From NCBI GenBank assembly GCA_964627625.1, contig CAZVJB010000004.1, forward strand, positions 3,995 to 67,994: 64,000 bases of DNA, in the 5' to 3' direction. The stretch comes from an uncultured Halobacteriales archaeon (GTDB taxonomy: Archaea > Thermoplasmatota > E2 > JACPAO01 > JAHFTW01). The notes beneath the pieces are model-generated. The model did no database searches. It saw only the letters and a list, made by a program, of their open reading frames with translations, and was not told the origin of the DNA. This document shows, piece by piece, positions 1-9,123 of this stretch; the stretch's first letter is position 1; every line of letters begins with the position of its first letter. Made by a program: the position numbers and the translations under genes.

Positions 1-329
1 CACTTTTTTTCCTCCATGGCCAATAAAAGTCTTGCAACGGCTGCCTCGCGGTCGATTCCCATCAGGCGCACAGTCTTGCGTGAATCCGTCTGACCGGCCT
101 CGATGTGTACCCGCGCAGTCGGGTGCTGGAAGAAGGCGGCAAGGGTTCGGATGATCTCCTCGTTGGCGCGCCCTTCCTGGGCGGGGGCCCGGAGACGGAT
201 GCCAATGCGGCCCTCGCGCCAAGGGTTGAAACCGTCAGGAAAACGCGCTTCCTTCGCTCCAGCCGTGGCCTCCAACAAGAGGCGCACGCCGCCGGGCGCC
301 TGCTGGACCGCCTCGCGCCAATCGGCCAC
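1..329 (-). CDS. DUF167 (YggU/UPF0235) family protein, 3' end beyond window edge
   Basis: Minus-strand frame reads ...GGVRLLLEATAGAKEARFPDGFNPWREGRIGIRLRAPAQEGRANEEIIRTLAAFFQHPTARVHIEAGQTDSRKTVRLMGID..., matching the DUF167 pattern (L-V-V-A-PP-G-ANE-L-LA...V-I-G-SR-K-V-I). Not in the ORF track because the C-terminus runs off position 1. Putative GTG start at 329-327. Confidence 0.45.
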   Translation of the reverse strand, partial: MADWREAVQQAPGGVRLLLEATAGAKEARFPDGFNPWREGRIGIRLRAPAQEGRANEEIIRTLAAFFQHPTARVHIEAGQTDSRKTVRLMGIDREAAVARLLLAMEEKK

Positions 330-722
330 GCATCCACACCCCCAGCCCCCGCAATAAAGGATAAGGACTAGGGGCGCGTCGGCACGATTGCCCGGCCCGA
401 AGGCACCCCCTAGTCCGCCTCGGCGGCCAGTGAAGGGGTGCGCAAAGGTTGGGCTACAGCCGAGCCGTAGGCGAGCTTGCTCGTCTGCGGCGTGGCATCC
501 CGGCTTCGGCCGGAAACCCGGATCGATGCCCCTTCTTGGGGCGGCCCTCCCCCGAGCCTCTGGCGCGTCGTCATGCTGTGAGGGGGAGACAACCTCGACC
601 CGGACAAGGGCCGTGAATACGCGAAAGCCCATCACCCGTAGCCTCTGCTGCTCCCGCAAGGGAGACGGCCCCGGGAGCGATGCGCCAGCCTCCAAGTCAA
701 GGGTCCGACTGTCCCGTCATCG

Positions 723-790
723 GGATTGGATGAAGGGCCCCGTTAAGGGGCTGGGCAGCGGCCACCTCTTTGGAGCCAAGCGAAGCGGCT
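723..790. repeat. Repeat unit 1 of a paired non-coding element (gga-Y-tggatgaagggcc-S-cgtta ... S-caagcgaagc)
   Basis: Begins ggattggatgaagggccccgttaagg and ends gccaagcgaagcggct. Unit 2 at 1362-1452 begins ggactggatgaagggccgcgttacgc and ends gcgcaagcgaagcc. A further gccaagcgaagcggc copy lies at 886-900. No credible ORF. Confidence 0.4.
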
Positions 791-1204
791 CCGAAGAGGC
801 CGAGCGGCGGCAGGCGAAGCCCCGCCGCGATGGAATCCGTGCGGCCGGCACAGCGCAGCCGACGGCCGCACGGTCAAGGCGTAGAGCCAAGCGAAGCGGC
901 TGCGAAATGTGGACCCTCCCTTTGCTAGCGCGTCAGCACGAGCCCTGCGGGGGCCAAGGGGGACGGCCGTCCTCCCAGCGAGGGGCCGAACGGCCGCCCG
1001 CGGGCCGGCCTAGTGGGCCGGGAGTGGCGGAAGCAGGAGACGCGTGCGCGAAGCGCCGCGAGGTTGCGTGGGCCGCCGGGAGGACGCCGTATGGGGTTTG
1101 CCTGATTGACGCTTCGTCGGTTTATCCGGCCCATGGGCCGCCCCCGGCGGCCCCGCCATCGCGCGCTTCGCGCTCGGCTGCCACACCCGCGCGCGGCATC
1201 GCTT

Positions 1205-1300
1205 CGCGTGCCCGCGCGGCCCCGACCGGGGGCGTTCGTCTTGCATCTTTTTTAGAAGCACCTTGAGGGCCTGCAAGGCGAAGTCGCCGCCGTCGGTTTT
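1205..1300 (-). repeat. About 90-nt element shared with 19865-19960 in opposite orientation
   Basis: Reverse complement of 1262-1294 reads gacggcggcgacttcgccttgcaggccctcaaggtg. Region 19870-19912 reads gacggcggcgacttcgagttgcaggccctcaagatg (33/36 identical). Both are followed about 15 nt later by cgcccccggYcggggcg (1221-1235 in reverse complement; 19926-19943). Confidence 0.5.
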
Positions 1301-1361
1301 GGCGAGCCCTGTCGTTGGTCTTTGTACCAACAGGTTTCGTGGGCTTCGTGAAATTCGTGAG

Positions 1362-1452
1362 GGACTGGATGAAGGGCCGCGTTACGCGACTCGGCGGCGG
1401 CGACCATTTTTTCTGATTCGCGCTGATGTGGGGCTGAGCGCAAGCGAAGCCT
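1362..1452. repeat. Repeat unit 2 of the paired non-coding element (see 723-790)
   Basis: Same 5' (ggactggatgaagggccgcgttacgc) and 3' (caagcgaagc) modules as unit 1. The internal sequence contains ctga / ctgatgtg / ctga box-like motifs. Confidence 0.4.
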
Positions 1453-1476
1453 CACAGGCAGCGGTTTCGAAACCCG

Positions 1477-3537
1477 TCACGTCGCGCCAGTGCGCGACGA
1501 GGCGGCCACGTTCTCGTCCGGCCAGGTGAACCAGAACGTCGATCCCTTGCCGATTGTTGAATCGACACCGATTTGGCCGTGCTTGAGTTCCACGATGCGT
1601 TTGCAGATGGCAAGACCGATGCCGTTGCCGGCGTACTCGTTGCGGCCATGCAGTTGCTGGAAGATTTGGAAAATCAGTTTGTCGTGTTTCATTTCCAGGC
1701 CGATGCCATTGTCGCGCACTGCGAATCGCCAAGCGTCTCCGTCGCGCGTGGCTTCGACGTTGATGCGGGATGGGCGCTTGGGATCACGGAACTTGAGCGC
1801 GTTGCCAATCAGGTTTTGGAAGACTTGCCGCAGCTCGCGTTCGTGGCCGCGAACGGTTGGAAGCGCACCAATATGGACCTCGGCTCCAGCGTCACTTATG
1901 GCCGGAGCCAAGTCCGCCTTCACGTGCGCAAGAACAGTTGGCAGCGCGACGTTTTCGACCGGGCCAGGTTGCGCACCCACGCGGGAATACTCCAGCAAAT
2001 CTTTGATGAGTCCTTGCATGCGCGCGGCGCCCGACACCGCGTTTTCAATGTACGTGTCGGCGTCGGCGTCAAGCTTGCCCTTGTAGCGACGCTGCAAGAG
2101 TTGTGTATAGCTGGCAACAGCGCGCAGCGGTTCTTGCAGGTCATGCGACGCGACGTAGGCGAATTCCTCGAGCTCGCGGTTGGAGCGTTGTAATTCCTGA
2201 CGGGCGCGTTCTTCCGAAGCGGCTTCGGCACGCATGATGGAGGATAATTGTCGACGGCCGACGAAACCAACGATGACGAAGCCGGCAAAGGCGAAGACGA
2301 TGAGGAAGTACACGAGGCCGGCCTCGTTGTTGAGCGGCACGGTCGTCAGCAAGGGCAATCGACTGCCTGCAATCACGGTGATGGGCAGGACGACGTAGGC
2401 GGCCAGCATGGCAATGACGACACGGTCCAGGGTCGCGGCGGTGATGGCAAACTGCGGCGTGGCTTGCCGCCGAAACGCCCGCGCATTGCGAACGGCCAGC
2501 AGGCCAGCGGCGGCGGGAATGGCAAGGATGACGAGGGCGAACGCGTAGGAGCCGGGCGATGAGTAGAGCGTAGTTGCGGACGAAAATACGATGCGGTAGA
2601 GGCCCGGTCCGTACAGGGCCGTTGCGTTGCCGGTAATCACAACTTCGCGTGCCCCGCCAGCCTCGCTGGATGCGAGATAGCGCGCAGGCAGCGTCTCGCC
2701 AGCGGGCCCGACGACATGCGAGAACGCGAGGTCGCTCGTAACTCGCACGTGGAGGCTGAGACGACCAGACACGCCGCCAAGCGTAGAAGGCACGACGACC
2801 TCGACCATTGTCGTTGATTGGACTGAACCCTCTTGGACCCCGACGCGCTCCTGGCGGACGTTTTCAATCGTGGCGGGAATCCCCAGCAGCACCACGCGGG
2901 CTTCGGTCACGGTCGACGAAAAGGCTTGGCCGAAGAGAGGGTTCACGGCCGCTTGGCCGAAGGTCTGGCCGACGTCGCCGAACCGCCAACCCAGCGTGAC
3001 GTTTTGTTGGTCCGGCTGCACTGCGACTTGGAACTGGAACGGCAGGCGCGCCTCATGCTCGGCAGAACTGCGGTCAAAATAGTCGAAGGTGGCGACAACC
3101 GACCGTTTCTGGTCGTAGATGCGCAACTGCTGTTCCATGCTTTTGGGCAGGTCGAGTTGCGACGTCTGTCGGATGATGCGATCGGCCATGAACTGCACAT
3201 CCACGGCCCGAGTGCCCGGCGGCAGCGGCAGAAAAAAGAGGGATTCGCCGCAGCCGTTCTCGGTCTGCTCTTCGTGGAAGCGGAACCAATTTGCGGTTCC
3301 ATTCAAGGTGAAGTGGTCCCGACCGCATGAGCTCGTAGGCACCCTTGTCCCGCTTCCCGGCACTTCCTGGGAAGTCACCTGATAGAATGGTTGCAGTGCG
3401 GTCGCTGGGACTTGGACGTCGAGGCTGAAACTCGCATCGAGTACTCCGGGCGTGGCAGCGGATGTTACCCCACTGGAAACCGCCGCTGCCGCCGCCAGAA
3501 TAAGGGAGCACAAAGAAACGCGGGCCCACCTTTTCAT
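1477..3537 (-). CDS. Sensor histidine kinase: signal peptide, large extracellular domain, TM segments, HisKA + HATPase_c
   Basis: N-terminal MKRWARVSLCSLILAAAAAV signal; mid-protein TM helices; ASHDLQEPLRAV H-box followed by N/G-box-like motifs (NLIGNALKF, DNGIGL, GNGIGLAICKRIV). Confidence 0.85.
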   Translation of the reverse strand: MKRWARVSLCSLILAAAAAVSSGVTSAATPGVLDASFSLDVQVPATALQPFYQVTSQEVPGSGTRVPTSSCGRDHFTLNGTANWFRFHEEQTENGCGESLFFLPLPPGTRAVDVQFMADRIIRQTSQLDLPKSMEQQLRIYDQKRSVVATFDYFDRSSAEHEARLPFQFQVAVQPDQQNVTLGWRFGDVGQTFGQAAVNPLFGQAFSSTVTEARVVLLGIPATIENVRQERVGVQEGSVQSTTMVEVVVPSTLGGVSGRLSLHVRVTSDLAFSHVVGPAGETLPARYLASSEAGGAREVVITGNATALYGPGLYRIVFSSATTLYSSPGSYAFALVILAIPAAAGLLAVRNARAFRRQATPQFAITAATLDRVVIAMLAAYVVLPITVIAGSRLPLLTTVPLNNEAGLVYFLIVFAFAGFVIVGFVGRRQLSSIMRAEAASEERARQELQRSNRELEEFAYVASHDLQEPLRAVASYTQLLQRRYKGKLDADADTYIENAVSGAARMQGLIKDLLEYSRVGAQPGPVENVALPTVLAHVKADLAPAISDAGAEVHIGALPTVRGHERELRQVFQNLIGNALKFRDPKRPSRINVEATRDGDAWRFAVRDNGIGLEMKHDKLIFQIFQQLHGRNEYAGNGIGLAICKRIVELKHGQIGVDSTIGKGSTFWFTWPDENVAASSRTGAT

Positions 3538-4358
3538 CGTGCCCTCACGCCGGAAAGGAAGACGAAGCGGCTGTTGAAGGATAGGTCCGTAAAGGAGGCG
3601 AGCAGGGGCGTTCCCGGCGGACAGGTCGTCGATCCGGCGAGTTTGGCCGCGGTGCTATCGGCGCGCATCGAACAGACGGCCCCGCCCGCTCCCGGTTCAA
3701 TTGGAAACGACGTCTCGAAGAACCCCAAACCGGTTGGCGTCTGCTGCCAGAAGCGCAGTTGACCGAAATCCAGGTTGAGCGGCGTCGGGGCTGACCCCAT
3801 CATGTTGACAAGCGTGCCCCGGTCGTCCGACAAGGTTGCACTCCCCGTGACCAAGCGGCCCGCGACCGGCATCGCGTCGATGCTTACGTTTGCTGGGAGG
3901 AGCCGCCATCCAGCGGCGCGCACGGCGCCGGCGAGTTCGTTCGTGTCGCCGTAGCGCTCGACTTCGTAAAAGTCGAAACGGGCGGTGCCGTTGACCTCCG
4001 GGACAACCGGATGTTCGACAAAGAGCTCAAGGAAGGCGGGTTGCCAAGGTTGGGGCTGCCCGCGCACGGTGCAGTCCAGGGTGACGAGCACCATAGCGGT
4101 CTTGCCGACGACGGCCGGATTGTCAAGAAGTTCACTCGCGTCGCGTGCATGGAATCCCGGTGGCAGGTACGGCTCAGCCGCGTCGAAATCCAACAATTGA
4201 AACAGGATGAGGTTGTTACATGCAGTCGCCTCGATGGCCACAATCAACGGCCCAGGAGCCGACGAGTTGGATGCCCCGTCGCTCGTCAATCCCGGGTCGC
4301 CGGCACAGCCCGCCAGAAGGACGGCAAAGAGCAGCGCATAGGGGGGCAGGGTCGCCAA
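3534..4358 (-). CDS. Secreted lipoprotein, function unknown; co-operonic with the kinase
   Basis: MATLPPYALLFAVLLAGCAG lipobox. 4-nt overlap with the histidine kinase start suggests translational coupling. Confidence 0.6.
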   Translation of the reverse strand: MATLPPYALLFAVLLAGCAGDPGLTSDGASNSSAPGPLIVAIEATACNNLILFQLLDFDAAEPYLPPGFHARDASELLDNPAVVGKTAMVLVTLDCTVRGQPQPWQPAFLELFVEHPVVPEVNGTARFDFYEVERYGDTNELAGAVRAAGWRLLPANVSIDAMPVAGRLVTGSATLSDDRGTLVNMMGSAPTPLNLDFGQLRFWQQTPTGLGFFETSFPIEPGAGGAVCSMRADSTAAKLAGSTTCPPGTPLLASFTDLSFNSRFVFLSGVRAR

Positions 4359-4415
4359 CGGAGGGGCCCAGACCTTTGATGGTAAAGGGTTTTGGCCGCG
4401 GCGCGCGGACGGGGG

Positions 4416-4850
4416 TTACCCCTGAAGTTTGCCGCTGCGCAACAAATCCAGTAGGTCGTTGGCAAAACCCATGTATCCTTCAAGGGTCAGCGGTTTGGCA
4501 AAATAGGCAACGGCGCGATTGTTACGGGCACGCTGGACGTCGGCCTCGTGCTGCGACGAACTTAGGATAATCACCGGCATGGTTTGCAGTCCCGGAACCC
4601 CCCGAAGCCGTTCCAAGAATTCGTGCCCCGAGGCTCCTGGAAGTTTGAGATCCAACAGAACGAGGTCTGGAAGTCGTCCACCTTTCTGGAGCATTTCCTC
4701 CAGAGCGTACATAGCAGCATCGGCGTCGGTACAATGGGTGACGCGAGGCCGTGCTCCGACCTCCCGGAACGCCTCCTGCAGAAGACGCGCGTCCTGCGGA
4801 TTGTCTTCGACCAAGAAGAAATGGATGTCTCGACCGGTCTCCGGCACCAT
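4416..4850 (-). CDS. CheY-like response regulator (receiver domain only)
   Basis: FFLVEDNPQD...LVLLDLKLPGASG...PVIILSSS...AYFAKP receiver motifs. Start taken at the internal Met (MVPETG); the ORF extends to 4904. Confidence 0.8.
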   Translation of the reverse strand: MVPETGRDIHFFLVEDNPQDARLLQEAFREVGARPRVTHCTDADAAMYALEEMLQKGGRLPDLVLLDLKLPGASGHEFLERLRGVPGLQTMPVIILSSSQHEADVQRARNNRAVAYFAKPLTLEGYMGFANDLLDLLRSGKLQG

Positions 4851-4945
4851 GAAAACCGGGTCGTGGGACGAAGGCGGCGTGCAAGAAGGTTGTGCCGTGA
4901 CCATCGGGGCGTCACGCCTTTCAGCCCGGCCCGCCTGCGACGGTT

Positions 4946-5527
4946 ATGCGCATCTGGGTCGTGAACAACGGCAGCCAGTGGACCCACCGCGAATGGCGCG
5001 TCCTGCGTTACCTCAAACAGGACACCCAAATCGTCGAGAACACCACCCCGGTTGCAGACCTGAAGGCAGCAAACCTCGACGGCATCATGCTTTCCGGCGG
5101 GGCGGCGCGCGTCGGCCTGGACGGCAAGCTGGGCGAAGTTGGTACCTATCTTGACGAGCTTGATATCCCGTTCTTGGGTGTTTGTGCGGGCCACCAATTC
5201 ATGGCGCGGCATTTCGGCGGCCAGGCCGCGCCGGGCAACGCGCCAGAGTTTGGCATGGTAGAAATGGAGGTCTTGGAGGAGGGTGACATCCTGCGTGATG
5301 TGCCGAAAAAAACCATCGTTTGGGCAAGCCACCACGACGAGGTTTCCGTGCTGCCGCCCGATTTCAAGGTGCTTGCTCGCTCCGACGCTTGCCCTGTGCA
5401 AGTCATGCGGCATGAGTCGAAGCCGCTCTTCGGCATGTCCTTCCACCCTGAAGTCGAACACACGCAGGCGGGCGTGCAAATGATTGGCAATTTCGTGCGA
5501 ATCTGCGAAGAAGCGCGCAAAGGGTAG
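4946..5527 (+). CDS. guaAA: GMP synthase glutamine amidotransferase subunit (split archaeal GuaA, subunit A)
   Basis: IWVVNNGSQWTHREWRVLRYL..., GVCAGHQ catalytic Cys motif, SFHPEV; class I GATase at about 190 aa. Confidence 0.85.
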   Translation: MRIWVVNNGSQWTHREWRVLRYLKQDTQIVENTTPVADLKAANLDGIMLSGGAARVGLDGKLGEVGTYLDELDIPFLGVCAGHQFMARHFGGQAAPGNAPEFGMVEMEVLEEGDILRDVPKKTIVWASHHDEVSVLPPDFKVLARSDACPVQVMRHESKPLFGMSFHPEVEHTQAGVQMIGNFVRICEEARKG

Positions 5528-5637
5528 GGCCCTGCCGGCGCGTCCAACCATTCGCTAAACCTTAGAATGCCACCTGGGTTGGCCGATGCATGGTACTGCC
5601 GGTGGCACATGGCGACTCCCGACCCGCGAGACGCCGG

Positions 5638-6774
5638 ATGCTGCCGAAACAGAGCCAGGTCTTCTTTTTCGTCGTCCTCACTTTTTTCCTATATCTGACA
5701 TGGCTCATTTTCGAGACGTTTCTCATCTACATCATTACGGGCATCTTTGTTGCCGTCCTGGCACTTCCGATCGACAAGTTCTGGGAACGCTTTTTCCGCA
5801 ACAAGATGGCGGCCGGCTTTACGATGCTGACGATCCTGCTGCTGCTTACCATCCCGCTGGTCCTGCTGGGGATTACCATGGCAAGCGATGTGCAACGCCT
5901 TGCCGGCGCAGTCCAATCTGACGAGATCGAGAACCTCATTAACCGAACGGTGGACAAACCGTGGGTGCTCAAGGCCGTCGGCGCGGTAGAACCTAACCTC
6001 AACGAAACCGAACGGCGCGCGTACATCTCAGACCAGGTCTATGCAGGTCGTGATTGGCTCGTCGACGAACTCAACAAGTTAGGATCGGAGTTGGTCGCCG
6101 CCATACCGGACCTGTTCATCGGGTTGACTGTCATCCTGTTCATCGTGTACTACATTTTGGTGGACGGCGAGGCGTTTGTCGCGTACTTGCGTCGTGCACT
6201 CCCCATCCCGGCACGACAAGTCGACTTCCTGTTGCGCGAAGCCCGCGGCGGCTTATCAGCGGTCTTCATGGGCCAGATGCTTGTCTGCGCGTTGCAGGGC
6301 CTGCTGGGAGGTATCGGGTGGTACATCGCAGGGCTCCCCAATGCAGTGTTGTGGGGCTTTGTCATGGCGCTATTTGCCCTCTTGCCGGTGGTTGGAACAA
6401 ACTTCGTCTGGATTCCTGGCGCCTTGTACCTCATTTTCCTCGAGGACAACTTAGCCGGCGGCATTTTCCTGCTAGTGTGGGGCTTCCTCGTCGTCATGGT
6501 CTTCATGGACAACGTAGTTCGCCCGAAACTCATTGGCAAGCGCGCGGACATCCATCCCATGTTCGTTCTGGTCGGCGCTCTTGGCGGCGCGGTCGCCTTC
6601 GGCTTCATCGGTTTGTTCCTCGGCCCCCTGCTGATGGGCGTCACGATTGCCGTCCTCAAGGTTTACGAATCGGATTATCTCGACCCCGAAGTGAACCTCG
6701 TGGACGAAATGGAATTCCAGGCCGCAGGCGGCGACGTCGATGAGCCGGATCCTGAACCGCCATCCCAACCGTGA
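5638..6774 (+). CDS. AI-2E family transporter (PerM/UPF0118) membrane protein
   Basis: Multiple TM helices, typical AI-2E family length and topology. Start chosen at MLPKQSQVFFF; the ORF opens at 5590. Confidence 0.75.
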   Translation: MLPKQSQVFFFVVLTFFLYLTWLIFETFLIYIITGIFVAVLALPIDKFWERFFRNKMAAGFTMLTILLLLTIPLVLLGITMASDVQRLAGAVQSDEIENLINRTVDKPWVLKAVGAVEPNLNETERRAYISDQVYAGRDWLVDELNKLGSELVAAIPDLFIGLTVILFIVYYILVDGEAFVAYLRRALPIPARQVDFLLREARGGLSAVFMGQMLVCALQGLLGGIGWYIAGLPNAVLWGFVMALFALLPVVGTNFVWIPGALYLIFLEDNLAGGIFLLVWGFLVVMVFMDNVVRPKLIGKRADIHPMFVLVGALGGAVAFGFIGLFLGPLLMGVTIAVLKVYESDYLDPEVNLVDEMEFQAAGGDVDEPDPEPPSQP

Positions 6775-6775
6775 C

Positions 6776-7090
6776 CTACTCAGGGTCCTGCCCACACAGG
6801 CGCCGCAACACGCGCCGCGTCGTTCGCACGTGCCGAAGCTCCCAGGCGCGCAAGAGCAGCACGATGCCAGGGACCGCAAGCAGCGGACTCCAAGCCTCGA
6901 TGGCCCAACCCAGGAAATCCGCGAAGCCTGCCACAACGAACGCCGCAACCAAGAGCCACAGTCCCGCCGCCGCAAACCGACGCTGGCGCCGACGCACGGC
7001 CTTGTCGTCGACCTTTGCCAGCTCGAGAATCGATCGTTCGCGCCGCGTCAGGCCGTTGGCATTCCACGAGGCGGGTAGAGGAAGGTCCAT
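6776..7090 (-). CDS. Hypothetical small membrane protein (2 TM)
   Basis: ORF with two hydrophobic helices (LWLLVAAFVVAGFADFLGW; LLAVPGIVLLL); no family recognised. Confidence 0.3.
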   Translation of the reverse strand: MDLPLPASWNANGLTRRERSILELAKVDDKAVRRRQRRFAAAGLWLLVAAFVVAGFADFLGWAIEAWSPLLAVPGIVLLLRAWELRHVRTTRRVLRRLCGQDPE

Positions 7091-7150
7091 GGCCTGTCAC
7101 AGGGCGGGAGCCTAGGAAAAGGATTGGCGATGGGGGCACTCATCATGCCA

Positions 7151-7435
7151 TCAACCTGATGCTTGGTGCTCAAGATGCAGGGCGGCGCCTTCCATCATCT
7201 CGGCGTGCACGTGCCACACGCTGGCTGCGACAGCCGCGCCGAGGATGGCCATGATGCCAAATACGTCACTCATGGGGTCGGGCGACGGCGTCGCGTAGGC
7301 GCGCCACAACTGCCACACGCTGCCGAGGGCAAACAAGGCGGCGGCACCGAGAGCGTACGCCCGCTGGCGTCGCCAGAAGCGGCTTCCCTTGGCAGCCTGC
7401 TTGAGGAACTTCGGTTCGGGCCCGAGGTCGGCCAT
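7151..7435 (-). CDS. Hypothetical small membrane protein
   Basis: ORF with two predicted TM helices; internal Met start MADLGPEPKF assumed. Confidence 0.3.
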   Translation of the reverse strand: MADLGPEPKFLKQAAKGSRFWRRQRAYALGAAALFALGSVWQLWRAYATPSPDPMSDVFGIMAILGAAVAASVWHVHAEMMEGAALHLEHQASG

Positions 7436-7507
7436 GCAACCGACGAGCCGTAGCCGTAAAAAAAGGCCAAGGCGCAAGCCTAATCTGTGCACGCTGGTCG
7501 CCGCCGT

Positions 7508-8323
7508 ATGCGCGCGATGCTTGCCCTTTTCCTCGTCCTGCTTCTGGCCGGATGCTCGTCAAATTCCACGGAATCCTCAGAGTCGAATCCATCTCCATCA
7601 ACCTCCACGCATTCCGTGACGACCACAACGCTCAACACGACGACCATACCGCCTCCGCCTCCGGCAGTATCGAACGCCACGTTCCAAGAAACCGCAGCGG
7701 GTTGCAAGGAATTCATCGGCGTCTTCCAAATCCCCATGACGCAGGCTCGCAAGTTCGTGCCTGCCAAGTACGCGCCGCTTGGCGATGCTTCCGGGAAAGC
7801 CGTTGCTTTTGCTGGCCTAAAAATCTGCGACGACGTGAAGATTGACGGCGTCTCCATCGGTCGCGCCTCGACGGCGGACGTCGGGGTCCTAATCGCCTCG
7901 CCCGACGGGTCTGACCAGAACCATTACTACCAGCCCTGGTGGCTCAGCGACAACGAGATCCTCGCCGGCCGGCTGACGGCGCAGGGTTGGCGCGGCGGAT
8001 ACACGAACGGAACGACTCTCACGGCGACGCTCACGCAGGGCTTTGGCAACGTCGCTTTCAACGTGCCCTGGAGCAACGGAACCTATTCGATGGCAGGCAC
8101 GGTTTTCTCGGGCGGGTTGCCTCCCGCGGCCACGTTTACTGGGTGGCATGACGGCGCAAATGGCACAGTCGCCGTGCGCAAGACGCTCACCTCCACTGCA
8201 TTCGGCAGCGGTGTTGCGACTCTCACGGCAGCAGGCCCGATGGCGGAGTTCATTGGTGCAACGGCAACGGGCCTCGCGCTCTACAACGAGTACGCGATGG
8301 ACGGAACGGTCGGCAGGAAGTAG
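7508..8323 (+). CDS. Secreted lipoprotein with Ser/Thr-rich linker, function unknown
   Basis: MRAMLALFLVLLLAGCSSNS lipobox, then STSTHSVTTTTLNTTTIPPPPP linker and a globular domain. Confidence 0.55.
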   Translation: MRAMLALFLVLLLAGCSSNSTESSESNPSPSTSTHSVTTTTLNTTTIPPPPPAVSNATFQETAAGCKEFIGVFQIPMTQARKFVPAKYAPLGDASGKAVAFAGLKICDDVKIDGVSIGRASTADVGVLIASPDGSDQNHYYQPWWLSDNEILAGRLTAQGWRGGYTNGTTLTATLTQGFGNVAFNVPWSNGTYSMAGTVFSGGLPPAATFTGWHDGANGTVAVRKTLTSTAFGSGVATLTAAGPMAEFIGATATGLALYNEYAMDGTVGRK

Positions 8324-8474
8324 CCGCAGCCGGCAAACCTGCGGGCCGCCACGAAGGGTTTGCCCTCGCCCACACGAACGCCTGCAAGCGTTGCCTTGGC
8401 ATGCATGGGCGGGACGATGCGTGACTTGGATTTTCCTGTTGGGAGGGGGTGAGCGGAATCGAACGGAGGTTGGC

Positions 8475-8747
8475 CTACCCCGGTAATTGGCCAGGGGGCG
8501 GCCGACGTGCCGTGACGTCCTTGAGTAGTTCATCCAGCGGTAGTCCTGACAGGGCGCCCACAATCTCAATGCCCACGAGGCGGCGCTCGGCGTCGAAGTC
8601 TAGGACGACCATCGGGCGCGTCGACGTCTCAGCTTCGAAGTCCACGGGCCAGGATTGCCACTTCTCACCAGGGCGGTGTTCCCGCAGATAGACGTAGGCA
8701 GCATCGGCCCGCTCGTCGTACGTGAAACGCATGGCTTCCCCATGCAC
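8475..8747 (-). CDS. DUF2283-like small protein
   Basis: MRFTYDERADAAYVYL...LVGIEIVGAL pattern typical of DUF2283. Confidence 0.45.
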   Translation of the reverse strand: MHGEAMRFTYDERADAAYVYLREHRPGEKWQSWPVDFEAETSTRPMVVLDFDAERRLVGIEIVGALSGLPLDELLKDVTARRPPPGQLPG

Positions 8748-8756
8748 GGTGGCTAG

Positions 8757-8795
8757 AAAAGAATTGGAAAAGGGGAAAAGTGAAACTTGCCAAGC
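8757..8795 (-). terminator. Oligo-T stretch downstream of rpl12 (archaeal-type terminator candidate)
   Basis: Minus strand just 3' of the L12 stop reads cacttttccccttttccaattcttttctagcc, with T-runs typical of archaeal termination. Confidence 0.35.
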
Positions 8796-8800
8796 TCGGC

Positions 8801-9103
8801 CTAGCCGAACAACGCGCCAAGACCGGCGGCGGCTTCCTCTTCAGAGACGCCCTTCTCTTCGGGCTTCTCTTCGACCTTGGCGGCTGCGGCGCCAGCGGCG
8901 GGGCCGGCGGCGACTGCAACCGGCATGGCGGTGGCGTTCTTGATTGCGGCCGGGATGTCGGCGCCATCGAGGGCGGCAACAAGGGCCTTGACCTTGCCGG
9001 AGTCGGCGGTGACGCCAGCGGCCTTCAGAATGGCCGTGACGTGGGCTTCGTTGATCTCTTTCTTGGCGCTGTGCAGAAGCAGGGCGCTGTAGACGTATTC
9101 CAT
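8801..9103 (-). CDS. rpl12: 50S ribosomal protein L12 (P1 stalk protein)
   Basis: [19 protein letters not shown]... with C-terminal [23 protein letters not shown] acidic tail shared with P0. Confidence 0.9.
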   Translation of the reverse strand: MEYVYSALLLHSAKKEINEAHVTAILKAAGVTADSGKVKALVAALDGADIPAAIKNATAMPVAVAAGPAAGAAAAKVEEKPEEKGVSEEEAAAGLGALFG

Positions 9104-9123
9104 GTGTGTTCAGTCCTCCTAGT

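Noticed and set aside
388-1266. 292-aa + ORF and overlapping minus ORFs (925-1134, 1010-1330, 1252-1455)
   Set aside because: All translate to low-complexity R/P/A/G-rich sequence with no domain-like pattern; the region is better explained as non-coding with repeats.
1359-1445. Canonical box C/D sRNA call for repeat unit 2
   Set aside because: C-like (uggauga), D'-like (cuga), C'-like (cugaugu) and D-like (cuga) motifs occur in order, but the first box deviates from RUGAUGA and the C-to-D' spacer (about 38 nt) is far longer than archaeal guide spacing. Left as an unclassified repeat.
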